Of a DNA stretch of 64,000 nucleotides, positions 53,304 to 64,000 are shown one piece after another (position 1 is the first letter of the stretch; every line of letters starts with the position of its first letter). The DNA lies in NCBI GenBank assembly GCA_958009085.1, contig OY253674.1, positions 496,001-560,000 on the forward strand, written 5' to 3'. The stretch comes from Protoeuglena noctilucae (Eukaryota). The translations under genes and the position numbers were made by a program. The notes beneath the pieces are model-generated. The model saw only the letters and a program-made list of their open reading frames with translations. It had not been told where the DNA came from and ran no database searches.

Positions 53304-54408
53304 GGGCTACGCTGCAGCAGCGTCGCTCACCATCGCCTTGGGTCTGGCGAGTGCTTCCGGTCAGTAATTGCCGCAGGGATCGCATCGTGGCGTTTGCTGC
53401 GCGCGCAGGGAGAGGGGGAGTTTCGCTGAGTCGAACCCTCAGCTATCCTTCCCCTCCCCATGCCTATGCGCGGTCCCCGACCTAGAGTCCAGTGCCTCCA
53501 CGTCGTACAAGTCGCCGGCGTGCCCATTGCCGCGGTGGACGGGCCCAGGAGCCCGGTGGTGCATCGAGACCTCTGCCCGAGCCTCCAGCCACCTCCAGCT
53601 ACAACATCAGGCCGCCGGGAGGTTGTCGAGATGCGCAATATAATCTCACAGCCCATAACGCACACAAATATGCCCGATTAAAGCGCTGTGTGCTGGCCAA
53701 AAGTGGAAGTTGTGAAACCCTTCTGGCGCCGGTGCCGAGCGCCATCGCAGAAAGCGAGGCGTCGGTCGTAACCACGCTCATCTGTTGAGCGCTGCAATCT
53801 CAGGCACACACGCCGCCCAGCGGTCCGATTGCTCCTCACTGGTTTGATTGCACGACACACAACGCAGCGGGAATCAGTTGACTGGCGATGGGGAGAATCG
53901 CGCGTGCCGAGGCGTGAAGGTGTTGGTTTCTGGCGCGCCGCCAGAGAGGCGTCCCCCTATGGTTGACGAGGTGGTGAGTAGCCCGCTGCCCGCGCAGTGG
54001 CGCCAAAGCGTCATCGGGGGCCCCTCGCTTTCCTCTGCTTTCCCTATGACCCGCGGATGTTTGTTTAGGCTTGCTGAAGCACCAGAGCCGCGCATGCTGG
54101 CCCGGCGAACCGCAGGAGAGGAGGCGGGCGGAGGCGCATTTCCCCCGAACCGTGCCTGCGACCATGGCCGCGATTCGTGGCCATATCTTCGCCAGGCCCG
54201 GCAGCAGTGATCCATTGACGACCCCGACTGATCTGACCCGAGGGCTCAGAGAGGCGGCGCCCGGAGTCGTCTCGGGAGGGCCCATGCCACCTTCGGTGGT
54301 TGCCAGGGCGCCAATCGATGCCGGCGGGCCGTCTGACGCTGTCGCGGGTCCGAGCGAGAGCTGGAGGTTTGAGCTGGCAACTGGACGCGCGGCCGGCTCC
54401 GGTCTGTC

Positions 54409-57400
54409 ATGGCGGACGCGCCATCTTCCTTCGGGCGTGGTTCCCGTCAACGCGGCAGGTGGCCGATGGGTCTTCGACCGCTTCCGGTGAGTTTTTCGCC
54501 TCACTCGCAGCCTCCGTATCTTCAAGAGCTCGACACGGGAGGCGCAGCGGGTCCTCCGCGCCTGCGCTCTCTCCCCGCGTCCACCCATGGTCCACACGTG
54601 GCCCCTAGGCTCCCTCGCAGCCCCAAGGCGCGGAGCTTAGCGTCCAAGCGCAATCGCCCCACCCGCGTCGACTACCCCCGGGTAGTCATGTCTCGCGACG
54701 GCGTCTCCAGGAGGACAGCGACGGTGCGGTCTCCCGCACCCGGCCAGCCTCACCCGCGCCCCGCCACGGCACCGACGGGGTGGGGCCGCTCGTCCCTGCG
54801 CGCGCCCCTGAGCGCGCGGGAGGATGCGCTCCGTGCCGACGGCGCCGGCGCCGAGTGGAGCAGGTCGTGGGTCGAGGTGCGCGAGCCGGGGCTCGTGCCG
54901 GGGGCGTTCGGGCCCCACCCCGGCGACGACCTGCAGTCGACGGAGAGCAGCGACGTGGAGAGCGAGGAGATATTCGCCGGCGGGGCCGGGTCCTGGAGCG
55001 CCGGGAGCGACGGCGAGGGCGGCTCGCGCGACGAGGACGTTGACGGTGATGGTGGCACCCACGGCGGACTGCGTTTCGCAGAGATTTTGGAGAGGGCCGC
55101 CGCGGGCCGCGTGGCGGGTGCGATGGCGGAGGACTTCTTTCGGCCTCTCGAGCCGTGGACTGAGTCCTCTGACGAGTACTGGGAAAGGCCCTCTGGGGAC
55201 ATGGGCGAGGACGCTGAGGGGTCATCCGCAGGTGGCAGTGCTCCCGGGCAGCCCGGTCGGATCGGCACCCGAGCTGTGCACCCTGCTGTTCCGCCGACGC
55301 CCCCTGGCGTGCGCATCTTGGAGGGGATTCTGCAGTCCGAGAGGTGCGGCGGGAAGGGTGTCGCTCTTGTTGCTCGTAGATGTGCGCATGCCGGCCCTGG
55401 CATGCCCCTCCTGGTGTGCACTGCGCTCGCAGCAGCGACGGCGGATCGACGGGCGTGTCGTCTCTGGAGAGGGAGGTCGAGGAGCAGTTTCAGGCGCTCC
55501 TGCGTCAGGGCTTCCTGTCGCCGCACCACGATGGGCAGGGGAGCGCCTCTGGTGGGTCTTGGAGCGAGTCGACGGGAGGCGACGGCGAGCGCGAGGACGG
55601 TGGCGGGCCGGGAGAGGCCGCGCCGCGCGGTTCATCGCACGCAGCGACCCACGCACACGTGCCCACGCATGCGGCTGCCGCCGCTGCTGCCGCCGCTGCT
55701 GCCGCCGCTGCCCTCGCCGCCGATTCGCGAGGCGATGACGGCAGGTGGCTCCCGGGAGCTCGGCTAAATGGCGAGGGCCGGGCGGAGCTGGAGTCGAGCA
55801 GCGGGGGCGAGTCATACGTAGACGACGGGGATGGGGAGGGTGACGAGGAGCCGAGCGGCCCTGGCAGCCCCGCGGAGGGTCGCGGGAGTCCTAGCGCTGC
55901 GATGCTGCGTGCCGACGACAGCGAGTACGACGGCCTGGCTTACGAGACGAGCGACCCGCAGCTGTCCGTCAATGCGTCCTGGGAGGTGCTGCCAAGGAAC
56001 CCAGGCGCCGGTGCAGGCCAGGGGGCAGAGGCAGGCGTCGGCGCAGGGGCATTGCAAGAGCCGTCGGCACGAGTCATCGGGGCAGAGCCTGCCGTCAAGA
56101 TCAGGTGCGGGGCGACCGGCGGTGCTGAGCGAACGACGGCAGTCGTGGGTCCGAAACTGCTGATCCGCATACTTGCTTTTCTTGCAGGACCGCTGCCGTG
56201 GGTGGGGCCGTCCCGGTGACGGTGTTCGCACGGCCTTCGGTGCTGCGCCCCCGCAAGACGGCGCCGGGCCTTCGTGACCAGACGCCCTTGACGCTGTCGG
56301 ACGTTGTGCGCAGCGGCAGGGGTGGCGAGGAGGGCGTGCAGCAGGGGCACGCCTGCGACGGGCCGTTGGAAGAGGATGGACCGCGCGAGAACGGCACCGC
56401 GCCTGCCCATCACGCACCACCGCACGCGCCCGCTGCTGCGCGGCAGGACGCTGATCGCGGGGTCCCAGGGGCCGCTGGGCAGGCGCGCACGAGCGAGGCA
56501 GCGCCTGCATCAACGAGCGCCGGCCTCGACGCTCTGCCGGGTGCCGGAGCGGAACCGCAGCTCCCCACCAATGGGGCAGTGGGCACGACGAGCAGGGTGC
56601 GTGCCGTGCGGCGCGCTGCTGGCGACGGGGCGAGGCCGAGGACAGCAGGAGCCCGGCCGCAGACGGCTGGGGCTAAGGAGAAACGGCCGTGGGGTGCCGG
56701 AGTCGGCGCAGAGCGCGCAGTCGGGTCGAAGCGACGGCCGACATCGGCGCGTGACGCCGGGGCCGGCAGCCATTCCTCCCCCGACGCTGCTGCGGACGGG
56801 GCGGGCGCGCGGGGCGAGCGAGCGCGGTCGCGGAGGGCGGACGGGCCAGCGGCCGCCAGCGCGGTGGGCAACGGGCGCCTGGAGGGTGCTGCCGCGCAGG
56901 TCCTCAGCCGCGCAGCACGCGCTTTGTGGAAGAAGGGGGCTCTGGAAATGCAGAGCCGGGAGGGCCCCTCGGCGGACCCGGGGCTGTTCCCGTCGCGTCG
57001 CGGGAGTGGTGTCCCCTCACCTGACTTGAGGACGGTGCCGGAGTTGGGGACCCACCCCCCGCCCTCACGGAGGAAGCGGGGCGGGCAGACGGGCGACGTG
57101 CAGGCCAAGCGCATCCGCAGGCAGAGCAAGCCCGCGTTCGTGACCGACAGCGGCCGCAGCGGGTGGATCCAGTCCACCCCCGGCTGCCAGGTGTACGGCC
57201 AGATCGTGCCCTCGGACGTCCCTCTCCCCACCCGCGTGCAGAAGAGGTGAAGCCAGTCTGCGCCTCGCGGTGCTGCTGTCGAATGCGGCTAGCGGTCATA
57301 ATTGACGCGCGCTTGCCTGCTCCGCCTTGTATAAACGCACGGTTCCGCTCTCCCTTTGTGATATGCAGCAAAGGCAAGAAGCGCTCCTCGCCGCTCGCCA

Positions 57401-60147
57401 AGGCCCCTCCCGCGCAAGCCGCTTCGAAGGCGGCAGCGCCAAACGCGGCTGTGGAGCACCCGAGAACCGCGGAGGCAGGGCCGACGAGGCCGCAACACGC
57501 TGTCCCATCCACATCGGCAGCGCCCGCTTGCAGCCCAGCCAGGGGCTCGCCACCGGGGCCGTCCGCGGAGCCCGCGCGAACGCCGCGGGAGTCCCCGGGG
57601 CAGCGGACCCCGGCCCGTGCAGCGGCGCGCACGGCCCCGCCGTCGGCGCCCGGGCCGGCCGTGGCTGACAAGAAGCACAGCCTGGGTGCGGCCAAGCGGC
57701 CTGCTCCGAAAGCCCGGCGCGCGGGCCCGCAGGAGGCCGTGAGGGTGTCGGTCCCGACGGAGCCGGCTGGTGGGAGTCCGGCCCACGGCAAGCCGTCGAC
57801 CATGCGCGGGGTCGCGGCAAGGGCGCCCACCGCGGTGGTATCTGCCGGGTTTAGGGACAAGCCCTCCGCGACTTCCAGCAGCGAGGATGGGAGCTCTGAG
57901 GCGGAGTATGCAGGCATCGGCAGCCGCCTGGAGCAGTTGGTCGCCCAGCTCCACAGCGGGCGGGAGTCCCTGCTGCGACTGGTGGACGAGTTCCTGCAGC
58001 CGCGGACGAGGACGCACGGCACGGCAGTGGCGTTCCCGGCGCTGACAGGGGCACCGGCAATCGGGGCGCAGAGCGGAGGACCTTCCGCGCGCGCTGCAGC
58101 CGGCGACGGCTCTGCCGCGGACGGTGGGAACACGGGCACGCAGCGGGGCCTGGACCTGCTCGCTGCGGCGCTGGAGGTGCACCGGGGCGAGGGTGCGCGC
58201 GATCGATGGCCTCTGCCCCGCCTCGACGCTGAGCGGGAGGCGCGGAGCTTCGCCCGCGACCGGCACGGTGCCGCTGGGCCGGCGGCCGGGCAGGCCAACG
58301 CGCGCCCCGCGCCAGCGCCAGCGCCAGTGGACGCTGAGACAGAGCGCCGGTTCGCGGCGCTGGCCGCGGCGCCCCAAGCTCTCCCGGACGTGCGCGCGCC
58401 GCGACTGGTGGCGGCGCTGATGGCGCTGCATGACGACCCTTCCTCAGAGCGCATGCGGGCGTTTGTGGGGTCGATGCCTGGCGGGGCCGAGCTGCTGACT
58501 CAGCTGGAAGCCTCGGGGCACATCGCGAGGCAAGGGCCTGGGGGAGACACGGTGGCGTCGGAGGGCGGGAGCGGCGACGAGGAGGCGGAGGCTGGGTTTG
58601 GGTACGAGCGGCTGGAAGATGAGAGTGATGAGGACGGGCGCAGGGCCGGGGGCGACCGCCAGGGCTTGGCTGGGGGAGCGCAGCGGGGGTGGGGAGCGGA
58701 GGGAGGTTGGAAACCAGCCACGGATGCGGGAGCGTGAGTGGCCGCGATGCATGCTGCTGCTATGTTGGCTGAGAAGCGGATGTTTTGCACGCATGCGCGG
58801 TTGTATGTGTCGTTTCATCCTCTCTCGCACTCCCGCACGCAGGGACCGCAGCAGGAGCACGTCGCCTCAGAGAGGTGGCGTGGCGTCGGATGCGCTGCCG
58901 CACAACAAGAGCATGCCGGGGACAGCTGAGCCCGAGGGCATCCCCAAGGCGTCGAGCCAAGAGGCAGACCTGCTCGCCCAGGTGCTGATGGGCCGTGGCG
59001 GTGGCCGCCGGCCGTCGNNNNNNNNNNNNNNNNNNNNNNNNNNNNNNNNNNNNNNNNNNNNNNNNNNNNNNNNNNNNNNNNNNNNNNNNNNNNNNNNNNN
59101 NNNNNNNNNNNNNNNNNNNNNNNNNNNNNNNNNNNNNNNNNNNNNNNNNNNNNNNNNNNNNNNNNNNNNNNNNNNNNNNNNNNNNNNNNNNNNNNNNNNN
59201 NNNNNNNNNNNNNNNNNCGCGTCGATGGAGCTGGACCGGCGCGGCGAGGCCGCCTCGTCGCCGCCGGCGCCGCCCGTGGCCGGGCCTTCGCCGTCGCTGG
59301 GCGACGGAGCCCCGCCTAGCGCCGGCGACTCGCACCGGCGAAGCGGGTCCTTCGTCCGCGACACGGAGGAGCTCGTGACGGCGTTCGAGGAGATGCTGAG
59401 CTCGGGCAAGATGCCGAACAAGATTGAGCACGTGCTGGCGCAGGGGGGCGTCGGGGGTGAGTGGCGGGCGTCGCGGGCGAGCGCGAGAGGTGCGTCGCGG
59501 GGTAGCGGCTTGCCCGTTCGCGTGACTGCCGTCCGCCTCCATACTGTTGCAGGGAGGAACGCCGCGCAACGACCCAGCGCGGCCAGCCCGCGGCAGGAGG
59601 GGGGCGACCGCGGGGCGGGCAGGCCGCAGGTGGCTGAGGCAATGCCCGGAGCGGAGGGTGGGTCGGGAGAGGGCGACGGCGGCGAGGACGGGGCCATCAG
59701 CGAGGGTGAGCCAGAGGTGAAGGGCCGCCCCATGCGCCGCGCCGCTGCTTGTGCCGCTGTTTCCCCTGGCCCCGCTGTGCGGATGGCCGCTGCGGTGCGC
59801 TGGTCGTGACCGGTCTTCCCCCTCGTATCAAGCAGATACCGGCCGAGGAGCGACAGCCCCCAGCGACGGTCGCGCTTCCGGGGGACACCCCGGCGGACCC
59901 CAAGATGCTGATGAGCTCGGGCCAGCAGCACCCGAGCAGCGGGGTCTCTAAGCGTCCGCCCCCGCTGGAAAGGTTCTCCACGGCCGAGGGGCATCACGAG
60001 GAGGCGCAGCCGGACGACGGGGGCTCGCTGCTGGCCACGCGCAGCTCCGGTCTCTGGTCCTCCTTGGGGGGCATCCTGCGGTGGTCCATGGGGGGCTCGT
60101 CGCCAAGTGCGACCGCTGATCCGTCTCGCCTGGGCAGCAGCTCGTAG
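54409..60147 (+). CDS. Unknown very long low-complexity (Ala/Gly/Pro/Ser/Arg) protein; start uncertain; interrupted by an assembly gap
   Basis: Long + strand open segments bounded by GT/AG signals (~54688-55340, 55470-56104, 56189-57247, 57370-58733, 58843-59456, 59552-59716, 59835-60147); no recognisable domain. Could be more than one gene. Confidence 0.5.
59018..59217. other. Assembly gap (200 N)
   Basis: Run of N inside a very GC-rich coding stretch. Confidence 1.
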
Positions 60148-60446
60148 TTTCTCTTGCCAGTCTCCCGGTTTTCTGACCCTGCCTCGTCAGCGCCGAGATC
60201 GACGCTTGAGCGTTGACGCGACCCATGGCGTAAACTGATTTGATAAGTTGCGCTTCCCTGGCTCTTGAATCGGTCGTTGGACGCAACCCTCGTCGTCCCG
60301 GGACTCGCCCTGCCTCTCTCGACCTCCGGCAGTGCCCCGACACGCGCCCGGGATCGTTGTTGATCATACGATAAGCCGAAGTCAGCGGGCGAGACGCTGC
60401 CGCAAGGGAGGCGCCAGTGCGTTTAAAACTTAGGCATCCAGACGAA

Positions 60447-61616
60447 ATGGCGGTGGCGGAGCAGCTCAAGTACTTCAATCAGTTCCTGGCCAAGAGCGAT
60501 GGCCGAGACAAGCTCCTGGCCACGGTCCAGTATGTGAGAGTCCGCGCGCAGACCCGCGGTCACCGCAGGGGAGCTTGCCAACGTTCGTCGCTGCCCTAGC
60601 CGCGGCGCGGGCTATATTCCGGCTGGCATCGCGCAAATCGCAAGCTATCGCGCAGAAAAGGATGCAGGGCGGTGTCGGAGCGACGAGAGATACCCCGTGC
60701 GGGCGCTGAGCCTGCTGGCGTCGCTCACGAACCGGTGCCTCCCTCGCTCGGCGCAGGCGTGCATGTTCATTTCGGCGGGGTCCGCCGGAGATGTCATGGA
60801 GATCCAGAAGTCCGTCGCGGCGGCGCGGAAGGTGTTCCGGATCCTGCGGCCCCTGGAATCCATCACGCCCCTCATTGCCGAGGGCTTGACCCTGGGCAAG
60901 GGCCCAGTGCACTCGGAGGTGGCCAAGAAGCTCCGGTGCGTGCATCGGAAAGGAAGTCGCCCACATCACTTTTGCCAAACAAACCGACCACCCACGCTTC
61001 CTCTGTGCATCGTGGCCCCCGCAGTCCGGCCTTCATGGCGTCGTACTTCCTCTTTGACCACGTGGGCTGGGCTGCGCAGGCCGGGCTCCTCACGGACAAG
61101 GCGCTCATCGACCGCTGCCAGAAGATCTCCACGTGGTCGTGGCTTCTGGGCTCCCTGTCGACCATCGTGATCGAGCTGACCGGTGCGCGCGGGTGCTACG
61201 GGGTGCTACGGGTGCTGGGGCCGGCTTACGCGGTCCCGTGGGGGCGTAGCAACACTGCATCATGTCGTCGCCGCTGCAGACATCCTGCGGACGGACATCC
61301 GGCGGAAGGAGGGCGAGTCTGGGGAGGAGTGGGCCGCACGGCGCAAGGCTCTGGACGAGCGGGTGCTGAGGTGAGGGACGCGGAGGCGCTGCGATACTGA
61401 GGCATGTGCGTGGACGAGCGCTGACCGTGGTCTGCTGTCCCTCCGCGCAGGCTGGTGCACGCGGTCGTGCAGGCCCTCCTCGCGGCGGGTCTCCTGCAGC
61501 TGCGACCCTGGTCCCAGCGCAAGACGGCCGTGTTCGGCGTCCTGGCCTCGGCCCTCAACTGCTACATGCTCATGCCGCCGCTGCCGGCCCCTGCCGCGCG
61601 GCCCAAGGCCTCCTAG
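60447..61616 (+). CDS. PEX11: Peroxisomal membrane protein PEX11 (plant PEX11c-e type)
   Basis: FLAKSDGRDKLLATVQY, AARKVFRILRPL, SYFLFDHVGWAAQAG, KISTWSWLLGS, GLLQLRP, ASALNCYMLMP. Confidence 0.93.
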
Positions 61617-61955
61617 GCCGCTTGTGCCGCACGACGCTTTCCTCACGCATGCGAGGGCTGCCGAGCCTGGAGTGCCGGCTTTCGAAGAGCTCGATGTTGA
61701 AATACCGGAGCGAGCCGTACGATGGGGACGGGGAAGTCGAGACGGGGCGCAAGGCACGCATGCGAGTGGCTAGGGAAAGCAATCCTGATACTACGAAATG
61801 TTTGGCGCAAGGCATGAGACGTGCATCGAATCAACACGCAAAAAAAGTCGCGCTGGCTTCTCCGCCCATCCTCAAGTGTCACCAAGCAACCAGCCACGAG
61901 ACAGGCTCGCTTGCTCGCTGGGCATGTACATGCCGCGGGCAAGCTGCCGTTGTCA

Positions 61956-63732
<1,777 letters not shown>

Positions 63733-63735
63733 CTT

Positions 63736-63754
63736 CCCCCCCCCCCCCCCCCCC
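63736..63754 (-). repeat. G19 homopolymer just upstream of the MAPK start codon
   Basis: 19 consecutive C on the + strand; the minus strand reads G19-aag-ATG. Confidence 0.85.
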
Positions 63755-64000
63755 GCTAAAAACGCCCTCCCCCTGAACGCCCCGCTGTGGCCGAAAGTCT
63801 GCGGAAACGGTCGCAGCGCCGGGTTCGGAAACACGGTGTCCCAATATGAGCCAGCAGAGAGCGACGCGGATGCCGCTGGACGCCCCGGGGGCCTCGTCAT
63901 GCGCCGAGATGCCGGGCACCTATGGGCCTTCGTCACTCCGCGGGCGCGGGAGCGGGGCTGCCCGTGCAATCCGACGGTACCCACGAAACGGAAATCTAAC

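Noticed and set aside
44574..61616. Peroxisome gene cluster (APEM9-like plus PEX11)
   Set aside because: 14 kb apart with three unrelated genes between; plausible by chance without synteny data.

Overview
GC-rich, gene-dense eukaryotic DNA with many short (mostly ~70-150 nt) spliceosomal introns. The gene set (PHT4;6-type transporter, APEM9-like peroxin, plant-type PEX11, FixL-like PAS membrane proteins, TEY MAP kinase) points to a green alga. By joining exons by eye I reconstruct 16 genes: a PLAC8 Cys-rich protein (runs off the left edge), a membrane-anchored class I cyclic-nucleotide phosphodiesterase, RIO2, NTAN1, a two-CXC (TCX/LIN54) protein, UBP14/USP5, a tandem pair of unknown ~140-aa secreted proteins, a tandem pair of very large TM-TPR-PAS-TM proteins (TmcB/FXL-like) with FixL-type heme-PAS signatures, APEM9/PEX26-like, an F-box/LRR protein, PHT4;6-like, a long low-complexity unknown gene containing a 200-N gap, PEX11 and a MAPK. 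The strongest unusual signal is at least 26 introns that only restore the reading frame with a GC donor (AG|GCGAG), roughly a fifth of the introns. No RNA genes, CRISPR arrays or transposon ORFs were recognised. Most long ORFs in the supplied track are off-frame GC-bias artefacts. Gene models are manual, without transcript data, and several 5' ends are uncertain.
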